From Camelus ferus (Eukaryota): a DNA stretch of 64,000 bases. A program made the translations under genes and the position numbers. The notes under the pieces were generated by a model. The model saw only the letters and a list, made by a program, of their open reading frames with translations. It searched no databases and was not told the origin of the DNA. The stretch lies in contig NC_045698.1 in the NCBI RefSeq assembly GCF_009834535.1, positions 4,714,001 to 4,778,000 on the forward strand, written 5' to 3'. Position 1 is the first letter of the stretch; each line of letters begins with the position of its first letter. Of the stretch, positions 39,560 through 52,907 are shown piece after piece.

Positions 39560-40690
39560 TCATTTCTTCTGTTTCCCTTGCTTTTTGTATTCTTTGTTTC
39601 TATCTTTTGCCTAATTTACCTAGTTTTCTTTGGTTCCTGCTTTTCTTCTGGCTTGGGAACTATAGATTGCTGTTTCTATTTCTATTCCTTCAATTCCTTC
39701 ATTTCAATCCCTACATTTCTATTCTTCAGTGTTTTCTTTAAATTTTTAAAATATATCTATAAATATAAACCTTGCCAACAAAGTCTAAATTTACTGTTTG
39801 TTTTCTCCTCCTCAAAAGAAAGCACTTTGGTGTGCTTTAACCCCCCTCCCCACCTCCATAGTTCTGTCTCCCTTCATATCCCTTGTTTTTGTCAATATTT
39901 TATCATTCTGATTCTTTAAGTGCTCAACAGTCATTTACATTAACGATGTGTTTCATCAGTTCTATGCTCATCATTGTTTCTTGAATACCGTTAGTCTCCC
40001 CAGGTTTATTTTTCTGTTCCGTAGTTGTAGACTGTTATGTAGAAGTGGTCAAGGGGTTGCAGTAAACGCTCTTATTTTTGTATTCTGAAACTGTCTTTAA
40101 GCTTCCTTTCACTTTAGAGCGATAGCTTCTCACCTGCTGTTCCCTCTCCCTGCATTTTGGGAAGACATGTCATCTGCTGGCATCCATTGTCATCCACTGT
40201 CGTTAACGCATTGACGAAGTATTAGCTTTCAAACTAACTGCTGGTTTCTTTGTAGGTAATCAGTATTTTCAGTCTGGTAACTTTTACGATTTATTGCTTA
40301 ATATCAATCATATTTTACATGTTCACAATGACGTGTGTAGAGATTTTTCCGATCTTTCTTGTATTTTATCTTCTTTATCTCTGTCTTTTACATGATAGAT
40401 AAATTTCAAAAATATTTTCTAATTCTTTAGTTTTTAAAAATTTGTTGTCTAAGTGTTCATTCTCTTTATTGGGTGTTTTCTAATTCACAAACCATTTTGC
40501 TTTAATTTCCAGAGATTCTTTTTCATAGCCACTACTCTGTTTTTGTTTCAGAATGTCTATTTTCTTCTCATAAATGCTGCTTTCTACTTTAATCTCTGAT
40601 TATTAAAAAAAAAATCCTTACTTTAAGGCCACTTTTCATATTTTTAAACTATTTCTACTTCATCCAAGGTCGTTTCATTTCACGGCAGCT
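39560..40690 (-). mobile_element. Very old LINE-1-like fragments
   Basis: T-rich; tattctgaaactgtctttaa, tttgtaggtaatc and attttacatgttcacaatgacgtgtgtag resemble antisense L1 ORF1-region motifs. Confidence 0.5.
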
Positions 40691-42096
40691 GATCCTGCTG
40701 GGCGTCACTCTTGGCATTCGTGCTTCTCACTTTTGACTTGTACGCTCATCTTTTTTTCACTCTCTCCCTCTTTCCCTCCCCTCAGCTCCCTCTCCCCTCC
40801 CCTCACCCGCCCTGTCTCGTCACTCCGTGGTAGCGTCCACGTCGTCTCCCTGCGCTCACAGTGCAGGATGAGTGCTGCCCTGCTGCCGCTGCGGGTGTCC
40901 TCGATGCAGTCACGGAGCATCCCTGCTTGCTGAGACTCAGGCTCTCCTTGCTAGGCTGGGTCTTCCTCTCACCTCTTTAGACAAGCAGCTCACATCAGCC
41001 CTAGCAGTTCTGTGCTATTTCTGTCCTCGCTTCATGGGAAGGAGACTTGACCCAAGCCAGCTCCAACTGGGAGCTTGGCTCTCATCCCCAGCTACCTAAT
41101 GGACTCAGTCTCCCGGGAGCCCCTCTCTGGCCCCAGGGCTGGAGAACAGCTGGTGAAGATCGGCTGTGATTTCCCCTTTGTGTTCCTCCTCCTTTTCTGG
41201 TGACAAAGACGTTTGTCCTGCTTCTGTGCTGGGTTGTATTCTGATCATCTTGGTTGTGTGTTCTCCGTCATTCTTGCACGTTTGGTGATGATGGCGGTGG
41301 GGTGATGGGAGATTTGGTGCACACACTTACCACACCAGCTGGACTGGAAGCTCCTTTTTTTCCTTTTCACAAAGGGTTCAAACGCAACTGAAGCATTGTT
41401 CTAATGGTCACACATTTCAAGTGAGATAAGTAAAAATTACCAAAAGAACACAGCATCAAAGTATAACCCTAAATTCTTGGTTTTAGGATGACATTTTCAA
41501 GACAGCTGGTTTTCCACAGTCACTAGCAGGCTGAGGGGAAGTCTATAGGGACTAATGCGGGTGCAATATTCTTAGAAATTCATGGGTCTGGCTTATTTGC
41601 CAAGACACCAAATGGCTTCAGGGGAATTTACACTCTGATTAGTGTAAGACTTTAAAAGATAAATCTGTAACGGCTGCAGAGAAGCAGCAAAATTAATGGC
41701 TGGCCATCTGGCCCGGTTTTATTAACCTATTTGTTCCAACTGTGCTCGTTGGCGCCTACAGACGGGGCAGACGAAGATGAGCTAGCTACAAGAAGTGTTT
41801 AGAGGGCTACCGAGATTTCCCTCCCTCCTTTCTTGAAAGAATTTGTGTAAGATGGTAGTGTTGTGGAAGGTGTTTATTCACTTAACAGACATTGGCTGCA
41901 GCCATCACGCACCAGGCACTGCTGCCCACCGAGCAGGAAACACACGGGAAAAGCACAGACTCGAGTCCAAGGGCCCCAGGGAGATTGCTCTTGTTGGGTG
42001 CTGGCCATGCTCCGTGGGCTCCTGTTGTTTGTTTGTTTTCGATTTCTTAACCATGTGTTGGAAACATTGTAAGAGCAAAACAAAAGTCTTTCCTAA

Positions 42097-42252
42097 GGGG
42101 GGGCGGGTATAGCTCAGTGGTAGAGTGTGTGCTTAGCATGCCTGAGGTTGTGGTTCAATCCCCAGTACCTCCAGCAAAAAAATAAATAAATAAACCTAAT
42201 GACCTCCCTCCACCGTCCTGTAAAAAAAAAAAAAAAAAGAAAAAAAAAAAAA
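42097..42252 (+). mobile_element. tRNA-derived SINE (camelid vic-1-like)
   Basis: ggggcgggtatagctcagtggtagagtgtgtgcttagcatgcc...ggttcaatccccagtacctcca with A box, B box, (AATA)n, unique tail and long polyA; same family as the 17627 copy. Confidence 0.92.
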
Positions 42253-42271
42253 TTCCCAGGCCACATATGGG

Positions 42272-42378
42272 GTTTCCTTTTCATTTTTCCCTTCTTTCTT
42301 TCCTTCCCTTCCTCTTCCCTTTTCTTTCCTCATTTCCTTCCTCCCTCCCTCCTTCCCTCCGTTCCTTCCTTCTTTCTG
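42272..42378. repeat. Polypyrimidine (CCTT/CCCT)n low-complexity tract
   Basis: Nearly pure C/T for about 100 bp. Confidence 0.85.
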
Positions 42379-42919
42379 ATACAAGATACATTCCTATTTA
42401 GGGCTCCTTCTGTGACGCAGTCATTAGGAAAGGGCTGCCAGGCGCAAGGTCCCTCAGTCTAAGGCACCGGAGGGAAAACATCACGGCACAGTTCAGCGTT
42501 TCCCATCCTGCTCTCTGAGTTATTTGACTGACAAGATGCTCATCAGGAAGAAGTCATCCGCTAGTTCTAGAGACAAGGGGAGAGGGAAGTGAAAGACGGG
42601 GAGGCAGGAAAGAGAAAAATTGAACTATACCTGCCCCTGTTCTCACACAATTTTAAAATACTTCCCTTCATCAGTTGTCTGAGATCTGATATTTGACCTC
42701 AGAGGATGCCCGCTAACACGTCCACCCCACTTGTAACTTAAATTGCAGGCCTGGCAGCCAGCTGCCGGGGAGCAGGACGCTCGCGGGGAGGAGGTCAGCA
42801 AGGTCTGAGGAGCACTGCGGGCTCCGAGGCGCAGGCGTGGAAAGCCAGGGGAACCTGTAGCTAGATCCCAGCGAGGGCCACGGGCCTGGGTGTCTGTGGG
42901 GCTGGGGTTTTGGGGGGAG

Positions 42920-43075
42920 CCCTGGGTTTGCATTTGGAAGAGCCAGATTTGAATCTTACCTCTTTCACTTACCAGATGCCTGATGGGGCAAGTCACAACT
43001 GATTGGCTTCTGTTCTTTGCCGACACAGTGGGCACAGCTTTGTACCTCGCAGTGTTGCGTGCAGATCAATCAGCT
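42920..43075 (+). mobile_element. MIR SINE fragment
   Basis: gatttgaatcttacctctttcacttaccagatgcctgatggggcaagtcacaac. Confidence 0.65.
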
Positions 43076-43689
43076 TCCAACTCAAGACCTCTGCAGGAAA
43101 TGGAGACACTCAGCCATGTGGCTTTGTCCTCACAACAGTGACAACGGTTAACATCCAGGCCATCAGAACTGGGAAACTCACTCCAAAGGGGTTTTCATTT
43201 CTTTGGGAAATGAGCAACGTGGGGTCTTCCTTTCAGTTGTCCCCTCTGCTTTATTGCTGGGCTCACATTCACGGACATGATTTAGGAGAACTATGGTGGC
43301 ACTTACAGGCTTTATCTCCAGGAGACTGTAAGCCAGGCTTGCATTTTTCTCTGGAGTTTTTCAGCTCTGTTTTTTTTTTTTTTTTTTTTTCTCTCTCTAA
43401 CAGTTTTTCCTGAGAAGACAGAGCATTGGAAGAAAGGTCAGACAAGGACAGAGAAAAGTCATTAATTCAACAATTCTTTAATTTGGCTTCACTGTTAGGG
43501 ATGTAATGATGGAAAAGACTCAGCCTCCCAGGAAGGCAGGGTGGTGGAGAAATGAGGAAACCAGTAAGGAAGCAGGGGGCTAGACATGGGGATGCATGGT
43601 GTGAAGGATGTAGTAGCTGAGTGTCTTCCTTTCCTCCACCATCCTCAATGCTGTACTTTATTTCCAAAGAGATACGAATTTGAGTAATA

Positions 43690-43900
43690 AAAATAGCGAC
43701 CTCCATCTGTGTCATTCGTAACGTGTGCCCAGCGCTGAGCATGCATCTACTCCTTTCCAACTCACCGTGATCCTAAAAGGCACACGCATCACTTCCCCCA
43801 TCAGGAAACTGAAACATTCACTAGCCTGCTCAAGGTCATGCAGCTAGTGAGGAACCGAGAAAGAATTCAAACCTGAGCTCGTCCCCACACCTGTGTTCCC
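43690..43900 (-). mobile_element. MIR SINE
   Basis: aatagcgacc...gtgtgcccagcgctgagc...aggaaactgaaac...ctgctcaaggtcatgcagctagtgagg...aattcaaacctgag. Confidence 0.75.
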
Positions 43901-45834
43901 TGCAGCGCTGAGCTGCACAAAAGTGGGTTTTGGAGGGCCCCTGAGTCAGGGCACAGGGTGCGTGGTGGGTCTTCTGGGATGCTGGGGTCCTGGCCAAGGT
44001 AGCTGCGTCTGCACGCGGGGACCCTGGCGGGCTCTCCTAGAGAGCTCTGACTGAATAAACACCAGACCGCTTCCCTGGTCCCCATGCTGAACGTTCCCTC
44101 TGGATATATGCATTATACAGTCTTTTTTGCTGATCACACTGGGCTAAGATTGGTTACAAGGAGCACTCCTACTTCTATGTGATGACCAATCCTGTGTGCT
44201 TCTGTGCCCCCTGCTCTCCTGGACAGTAGCTTTGTCGGGGCAGGCATCACCCACTTCTCCTCTGAGGCACAGAGAGATGGGGGAGGAGTGTTCAGTTGTT
44301 ATTTTTGGCATGGATCTGCATATTTATGTACACGCTCTGCACTGTGTCTGTGTTTACTATGCACGCATCAGCTGCCGGCCTCATATAACCCCTTATTGAC
44401 TGTAATGAGGCCACACTTTGTTTTCTCTGTGAATAATTGAGATCCCAAATTATCCAACATCTGCAGAGCTTGAGCTGACAAGATGCTGCCTCCTCCTCCC
44501 TTGTCTTTTCCGGAACAAAAGCCACTTCACCATCGACTCCGTGGGTTCTACTTTCTGAAATGCCAGTAGAAATGCTCTTTCCTAGAGAGTGAATTTCATT
44601 CTTTGTGGTTTATTTTTTCTCAGACTTTTTCATGATTTTGATAAAAGTGATTGAATTCACCCCAACATAACAAGTGCTCACTGGGGTCCTGCTGGGCGCC
44701 AGGCCCTAAGGATGGGGCTCAGAGTTGGTGGGCGCTGGTCTGGGCTCCTCTGGGCGGCAGGTACCCCAGGGTCACCTCTGTGATGGGGCCCCTGCCCCAG
44801 GCCCCACGGTCTCATCTTCAACCACACCAAGGACAAATCCCTAACTTCTCTGGCTTGCGGCTTCGCCCTCTGTAAAGTGAGAGGTTAGGCTATGGCGAAC
44901 CATCGGCCAAATCCCAGAATTCTGAGTCTGTTTGTAAACCTTGTATTGAATTATTTGTGAGGTAGATAAAAATCCCCCCTCGTTCCAATAGGGTGATTCT
45001 GCTTTTGGATGTGTATTAAGACCAAACAACTGTTCAGAGCACGTGAAGGCGGGGTGGAACTTTGTCGAAAATATGGACGTGACACAACTCAGGAGTAAGC
45101 AGCCACGTGTGTGAATGAGCTCATCAGCCTTCTTTCATAAGTGTTTCAGCTGTTGGTTCCACGTGCTGTAAAGGATACGTCAGCCATCTCTGCGAGCTGA
45201 TGGTTAGTGTGTTACGCCTGTGGATTTATAGAGCATTAGGAGTGGAGCCCCTTCAGGAGCTGACTGTTTTGTCAGAAGGCACAGGCTTTTTCTTGGTACT
45301 AAATTTGAGGAAGAATTCACACTGTATTAAAAAAATAATAAACATTTTATTTAAACATTCAAGTGAATCAGGCTTTGAGAAAACTCAACATATGAAATAA
45401 AATAAAATTAAATGGTTTCAGTAAGTTATGAAAATCAGCATTTCCCCAAGATTTTAAATGGGCTTCTCCTAAAATACTTGAAGTTCATTCTGATTTTTTT
45501 AAATCTTTTTTTTTAGTTCTGATTTGAGATTTTTAAAGGTTTCCCCTCATCTTTATTGAAGTAAAACTGATCAAAATTTAAAAAAAATTATATATGTCTT
45601 ATTATGTTAAATGTCACAGAAAAGAAATGCATTTTGTGACAAAAGGTAGCCCTTACATTCTAGAAATTTTTGCTAAGTCAAGGTAGTCTTCTGCCTTCTG
45701 CATTCCAAATTAGGAAAGTTGTACAGAGAGCGTCTCCATTCCTTCACGAATCCCATGGGTATGTTATATGAGGCCAGCTCTAATTTATTCAGACCTTTTA
45801 TTTCCGTGATGTAGTGAGGATATCACTGGTCTTG

Positions 45835-45990
45835 GGGTAATTTTCTCAAGCCTCCAAGCATAAATGTGACCTGGAGGAACTCATTCCAGACCCACTGGAT
45901 CAGAATGTCCTGAGGAGGACCCAGGAAGGTGAACATACGACAAGAACCCTAGTGATGCTGATCAGCCCCGAATTTCAGAAGCATGCCTTT
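45835..45990. mobile_element. MER5-like hAT-Charlie fragment
   Basis: ttttctcaagc...ccagacccactggatcagaat...ggacccaggaa...cctagtgatgctgat...tttcagaagca. Confidence 0.55.
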
Positions 45991-46639
45991 CGGCCACTCT
46001 GCATGGACCAAGGTAAGATGGGAAGCTTACCACCTGGTTCAGTTCTGACTGTAGATGAGTCGTTCTAACTACATGTTGACCCGACGGGAATGATAATGAA
46101 ATCAGTTAGGACAGTTGGGAGCAGATGGAATCCAGGGATTTTGAGTGGTTCTTCCCTTCAAATCCTGCCTTGAGAACTTGGAACCCCAGCCTCACAGGGT
46201 AGAAGACAAGATACACGGCAATGATGCAAATGGAGGCACCGGTGCTGGACACCAACAAAGAACATCGCCCGGCACCATGGAGGAGAACCGCACACGAGGG
46301 CTCCGATTCTCTCGAGAACCTTATCTACCCAAGGAAACTGATGCTGTGGTGATCTAAACAACTTCTGCACAAGCATACACCTGGCGCAGGGAAAAGACCG
46401 GATGAGAGCCCTTCTCAAGCTAATGCCAATTTCCACAATCTCTTGTTGCCTTTGACACTATAATAAAAATGCTCCTCGTAGCACATTACGTTAACAGACA
46501 ATTTATAATTTGCAGGGGAATTTCACAAACACAGCCTCATCACATATCCAGCAAGATACCTCTTGTCCGTTCCACAAAGAAGGCATGGCCACTCCACTGC
46601 TCACATGTTTATGGATGCTGTTATCTTCACCTAGAACCC

Positions 46640-46995
46640 TCCTGCCTTTATTTGCCCAAATTCTCCTCATCCTCAGGTTTTGCTCAAGTCCCACTTCCTT
46701 CACTGTAGCCTTCCTTACCCAGCCCTACTTCTGACCTCCGAATCATTACAGCATCCCTGATACGTTATCTGCTGTTTAACACAATTTTACTGTGATCTGT
46801 GCTGTGTGTTTTGCTCTGATTATTTTAATCCATTCTGTCACTCATTCATTTCATCTGACTGTGATCCCTCCAGTGTCCCCAGTGATACTGTGAGCTCTTC
46901 AAGGATGGCCCTCACTTTCATGATGCTTCTGTGTCCTTCACAGCACCTGGAGCAGGGCTGGATGGGCCCTTATTTCTCTCAGCGAGTGGATGACC
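46640..46995 (+). mobile_element. LINE-2 3' end fragment
   Basis: tcctcaggttttgctcaagtcccacttcc...ctgtgagctcttcaaggatgg...ctgtgtccttcacagcacctggagcagggctgg. Confidence 0.6.
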
Positions 46996-47015
46996 AGCAG
47001 ACATCATACCTAAAC

Positions 47016-47198
47016 AGAGCTTCCCAGCTTTCATGCTGGGAATGACTCTGACGTCCCCTTGGTCTTTGGAGCTTCTGGAGCCCAGGCCTGCCAGCTCTTG
47101 CCTTCACCAGACTCAATATTTATGCTAATGGGATGTGCAAATATAATTTTCTATGGGTGCCATGAAATTAAAACAATAAAAAAGTTTGGGAAGCATTG
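47016..47198. mobile_element. Small non-autonomous hAT-Charlie-type DNA transposon
   Basis: Imperfect terminal inverted repeats cagagcttcccagcttt / aaagtttgggaagcattg. Confidence 0.6.
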
Positions 47199-50100
47199 TG
47201 ATGGCCAGATGGCTAGATGTATCCCTGGTCTTTACTCAAATAGCCAGTAAGTATATAGAGAAATTCAAAGGAAACTTTAGATGATAAATATATTTTAAAA
47301 ACCATGTCTCTTGGGAAGTGCAAACTCATATACGGATATGTTTAAGAAGTTGATACGAATAGCAAAATTAGAACATTCCATGTAAGTCAGTCTAGCTCTA
47401 GAAATGCCCGATGGCTACATTTTCTATTAACATAGAGTTGGTTTCTAAGATAACTTTGTAAAGACACTGCTGTCTAAGCATAACGTCAGTATTGACCACG
47501 AATTTACAAGGAATGTCTCATTAGATTACATATAACGTTATATAAATACTTAGGAAAACAGTGTTCACACAAAGGAAATGTTCAACACTAAGTGATATTG
47601 GCACTGGCAGCTTTCATATATACGTGCTAAGTCTCCAACTCCAAGCTATTTTGACTATGTGAGTTTGTGAATACGAGATCAGTAATAACTTGACAGAATG
47701 GGGGATGTACAGAGTGGGGCAGCTTTGGAGAGCAGACGTGTCCCAGAGCAGTGCCTGAACGACCATGATGAGAGTGGGCCTGGAAGCTGTGTGCCAGGGC
47801 ATGCCTGCCTGGATTCTGATCTGCCGTTGCCATTCACAGTGGAAACTGTGTTTGCTGCCTGGGCAGGACCTCTCCTTCGTATCTGCAGCCACACACCCAC
47901 CTAGCCCCACCCAGTGGAACTGAATGCCACCCCCAGGTCTTCTCCTACACCAGGAGAGTGATCAGCCCCAGTTCTAGGAGCTCTTGATGAGTTTCTGTCT
48001 TACTTTTCGGAACTCGGCTGCAGTCTAGGCCAGCTTCTGGCAGCAGGTCCTGGCAATATTTAGTGCTGAATGCTAGACATTTTGTCATCTTGGTGACCTG
48101 CATTGCCTCTCACCTACTAATCAACTCCGTGACTCTTGCTGCAGTCCAGAAAGAAGACGGCCCTTGTCAAAAGATCACTATTCTTTGTTTTAAGGCCATG
48201 TTGCCAGGAGCTATTTCTCTAAGCCGACCCAGACAATTGAACAGCAAAATTCAGAGAGCAGAGCAAGAATGCCATCCGCGCGGCGCTACTTGAGGTCTGC
48301 TTCTGCAAGGTCTTGGGACAGCCTGATGCTCAGTGTCGCCACCCTCTGGACACGGCCAGGTGGGTTATGGAGACAGTCTTCCCTCCACTGCATTAGCCCC
48401 TTGATTGTCTTGGGCGCTCCCGGTAACCTGATGGCTGATTTGACTTGCTAGTGTTTCCTCTGGCTATTCTCACACAGGGCCGCTTTGGGAACTAATGAAA
48501 TAGTATGTGCGGAAAATGAATGAGGAAACTATTTTACAAATTGTGAGTTTTAAATTCATTCGTATTATATCAGCAGGGAAATGACTCAATTCTTTTCATT
48601 GACAGTGACTGAGAAGGGCCATTGTATACGCAGTCTGGATTGAAAAGAGCCCAGAAACTTGACTTCCCAAAATTTGGTTCCCATGCTCCTCCTGACACAT
48701 ATCTCTCACGGTGTTCTTGCCCATGGTGGCTGAGAAGACAGCTCTAACCCTAAGCTTGCTTTCTTTTCCCGTCGGAAGCAGGACAATTCTCGGTTCTCGC
48801 TCTTGGTCTGGGAATAGAGGCTGTTTCCCATAGGTGGTGGTACCTGGTGTTTAATTGTGGCTCTTGGAGCCTCCTCTTGAGGAGGTTAGACGGCAGGCTG
48901 GTTCAGCTGGTTTTCAGCAGATGAGCTTCTGGACAGAGCATGACTAGGCAATGCTGTCTGCCTTGCGCAGCAGCATCCAAGCGGACTCTGCTTCCCCAGC
49001 CTGGCTGTTCGCTTTCATCCCTCCTAGGGGAAGCAGGCTCTTCCTTTCCAGATTAATAGAGTCAGCACTTCCAGAAAGTGCTGTTGGCTCGCATTCTTGG
49101 ACAGAGCTATGGTTTCTCAAATTGGTTCATCCAGTCTTATGACGAATATATTATGGGGAAATATGAATCCATTGCCTATCCATTTGCAAAACTTCTCTCC
49201 CAGTGTGCCTGGCTGCCACTGTCTTGAATAAGGAAGCTGATTTGGCTGCAAGTTTTGAGTGAGCAAAGTAAATTCATTTCATGGAAGATTTCAGATAAGC
49301 TTTTAGAATAGCAAACCCTGAAGTTTTGGAGAAGGCTTAATTTTAGATTATAACTTGCTTTAATGAATTTGATGCAGTGTGCACACATGGTATCCATGGA
49401 TGCCTAGACAGTGCCACAAGAAGTCTATGATAATGTTGTTGTCTCTAGGGAGATCGCAGATTGTAGAGACGGGACAACTGAAGACCGAGAAGGATGAACG
49501 GCAGCAATTTGGTTCATCTTGATAGATTTGCGTGTTTCTCTTCTCTCTCACTCATCCTTTGAGGCCTATTTGCCCTTGGCAAGCCCACAATGAACAGAAA
49601 CTAAGATTCACAGAACTCATGATTTAGGTAAAGACTTCCTTCTGAGTGGGAGAAACATAAGACCCTTCTGATGTAGAGATCTGGAGGGCAAAAGGCAAGG
49701 GACTTAGAAGGCGGGCTGTCGTCATGGATGGACCCTCCTTGACCAGCACGCTCGCTCTCTCTCCCCTTTGTCTCTCACCTCTGGTATTTCTACACTCAAG
49801 GAGTTTATACTAAATTCAGATCTTGTCCTGGTTTCAATAACAAAATGACATCTTCTCAAAAAGTACATCTTGTTTGAAGTTAAGAATTTGAAACTCCAGA
49901 AATAAGCTCGTTTACATTTTCAAAGACAGAGAGCAAGTTAGATTACAGAATGTCTTTCCTCCGGTTCATTCGGTAGATCCTAGACCCAGGGTTATGCTCT
50001 TTTGAACACAAAACTGTTTTTTGCCCCCCAGGTTATCACCTGGATGGTTGTGTCCTCAGTGGTGGCAGCTGAGCCCCTCCACCTGGATGCCCAGAGCGCA

Positions 50101-51599
50101 GCTCAGCTCTCACTGGGGAACGTGCTTAATGACTGCTGGTCACTGATGATGGTTAGGAAAGCACACGACTGAGCTGAGTCTCCAGGGAATCCCACAGAGT
50201 CTTGTAATTTTAAAGTAGACATTTGAGCTTAGAGAAAATGAGAAAGAAAACTCCCAGTGCTTTCAAACACTAGGCGACAAATAATTTAAAAATTTCCAAA
50301 GCACTGAGCAAGCAGTTTCAGCATTATAGGAAACAAGCAATGTGTTATCAGCTCTTTTGCACAAAGGAGGTTAGAACAAAGTTCATAACCCTGGAAGTTC
50401 TTTGTAACAAAATTGCAGTGTTTAGAGACAAAAATAACTGTCTGCCATGGAAAGCAATTTTTTGACACCTACTGTGATTGAAATGAAAGTCAACAAAACT
50501 CTCCCAGTAATGTGGTCTCGATCACTGAAATCTCAGCAAACACTGGGCTCTTGAGTTAGCAAAGGAGGGCAGTTTAGAGTTGGAGCCCACTGTCCTGTAG
50601 AGACACTGAAACCTTGACATTGATAGAAAGAAATTGTTGTTTCAGATGATCTAGCAGTATCTCCACCTCCGCTGAGCCAACGCACTTGCAGGCCGAGGAG
50701 ACAGGGCGGGGGGCTGCCACGTGCACAGGCCCTGTCAGGTCTCCGTCAATCAGGGGCTTGTTCCAAGGACGGGCCTAGGCGCTGTGTCCCCACATGGTAC
50801 TTGGTTCCTCAGCATGAGTGACAGATGGTGCCCTGATTATCGAGGTAGAGGGAACAACAAAAATGTAGTGAGTATTTCACTCCATTACCCTTTATCTTAG
50901 AAACCCACTAGGGAGAAGTAAGAATTCAGTCACTGAATTAGGCTGGATTTTTTTTTTTTTAAAGCATTCTTACTTATAGACCCACATGCAGAATAGGCCA
51001 GGCTGCATCAGGACTGCCTCTCAGAAAAATGATAAGCGGATCTTTTGAGGTTAACAAAACAAACCCAAACAAAAACAATACCTTTCTATTGTAGGACTTA
51101 AGGCATAAGGTAGTCGTCCCTCAAAACCTTCATTGAATACAAAGAGGTACATTTAGAGATCTGATGTTTTACAGACAGAAGCTCAAAGACATATACATGG
51201 TATTTAATCTCTACTGGATATTAATAATATTATGCACTATTTATTATGTTTATTGTGTAGGTTATTTTAAAAGGTACGTCCAATGATCTTCTTCTCAAGG
51301 CTTACAAAACCTTCCTCCCGCATTAGAAGCCGTCTCTCTGGGCATTTCCTGCTCAGCGAAGCACGAGGTTACTCCGGTGGAGATCAGCACCCTGGGGGGC
51401 CTTGGTCCCCTGTGGGCATTCGTCTTTCTGAGGTGCCCCCTTCTCCGTCCCAGTGTTGCTGGGCCCACTGGGTTGCCTGGCCCTGTGCCAGTTAGTAAGT
51501 TGCTGGCTCTCAGTTCCCAGCACACCCTCCCGTGCTGCGCCCCCTGGAAACCGGGTGAGTGCTTTGCCAGCTGGCAGCCCTGCCCACAGGGGTGAAGAC

Positions 51600-52155
51600 T
51601 GGGGAGTGGAGGAGGGGGGCGTGCCGCTTCTGCAGGTTCCCTTCCCGCCATCTTTAAGCCACCAAATTCCTTCACCCTGGCCGTGACAGCCACTTCCTGT
51701 AGAGTGGGGTCCAGTCTGTGGTTTTCTTTCCACACTTGATGAAAATGCATCTTATCACACCCTGTGCAGAGACACCAGCGCCAGCCAGGGGGTGACCCCT
51801 CCTCAGACGCCCGGGTGCACAGGGGACCCCTCTTCTGAGCTCATAGGCGCCCTCCTCTGAGGTCTGAGTTTCGGCTCTGCAGGGCTGTTCCTCCAAGCTT
51901 CCAAGTCCCCAGAATTCCAATTTTCCCCTCAGCCTCGGTGGTGCTAGCTGCTTCCCCCTTTCAGGGAAGGACTGAGAGCTGGACGTGCCTCCCTCTGCGC
52001 TGAGCCCTGGGGGGGTTGCTGCAACGTCCACTCCGTGACCCCTCAGCGGTCTCTTTTTGCCTTTCTGGTGACCTAGTTAACAGTTCTTTAAACCTCGCCA
52101 CCAGTTCTTTCTATTCAGTCCTCTGTTGCATGAACTGCTGTGACGTGGGGGTCCT
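51600..52155 (+). mobile_element. LTR33-like ERVL LTR carrying a foreign 79-bp insert
   Basis: agcctcggtggtgctagctgcttcc...ctctttttgcctttct...acctagttaacagttcttta...ctctgttgcatgaactgctgtga resembles the LTR33 3' end; 5' boundary uncertain. Confidence 0.6.
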
Positions 52156-52329
52156 AACCCAGGATGTGAGTGACATCGCTAATGACCCTAAGCAAAATTC
52201 TTTCCTCAGCTTCCTCGGTAATAAAATTTGATCTAGTGAAACATTGCTCATAGTGCTGACATCATATTCTTAACCTGCTACAAAAGGGTCAGAACACTGG
52301 CCGGAGGAGCCACTGCTATTGGTGAAGAG

Positions 52330-52907
52330 CAGGTCCGTCAGCCAGAGCTCAAGGTGAAGAGTGGCAGAAGACCTAACCCTCCAGAAGAGGGAAGGCCTCG
52401 GCTCACTGGCCGCAGAATTCAGGCACAAGCCCTGCCTTCAAGCGCGGCTGGACCAGGGGCGCAGTGGAAGTTATGATGCCCTGATCTCGCTTTCCCGTCC
52501 CTGCCTCTGCCTTTCTCCCTGCTGGCCTCACGCTCAGGCAGGCTCTCTCTGTGATGTCAGGGCCGCGGCTGGCAGCTTCAGGCTCGTTCTTATGCTTTCT
52601 GCAACCCCAGCAGAGAGGTGCAGCCTCCGCTCTCAGCGTCCCCAGCCCAAGCCCTGCGATGATTTCAGTGGCTCTGGGTGCTGTGTCCATTCAGTGCCTT
52701 GCAGTGGGGCCAGACCATGTTCTGATTGTTTAAGGCCAAGTGACCACACCTGCAGGGGGACGGGGGGAGCAGAGAGTAAGTGTCATCCAAATCACACAGA
52801 CTAGAATGTGCTTGTGGCTCCCCCCCGCCTTCCCACAGAATCTAGGTGTTGTGACCAGACGATGGGGAGATGGATGCTAGCTGCAGAAGCAGCAGATGCC
52901 TCTCACA
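52330..52907 (-). mobile_element. Old MaLR LTR (MLT1K/L-like)
   Basis: ggcctcacgctcaggcaggctctctc...ggcagcttcaggctc...tgtgaccagacgatggggagatggatgctagctgcagaagcagcagatgcctctcaca. Confidence 0.65.

Noticed and set aside
42097..42175. tRNA gene (also 17710-17785, minus strand)
   Set aside because: A and B boxes are present, but the AT-rich tail, polyA and (for the 17627 copy) TSD identify SINEs.
46145..46357. Coding exon (purine-rich ORF)
   Set aside because: Weak acceptor, no recognisable protein similarity and no linked exons.
49393..49402. Short palindromes (atccatggat here; gggctagccc near 36311)
   Set aside because: 10-bp palindromes are expected many times by chance in 64 kb.
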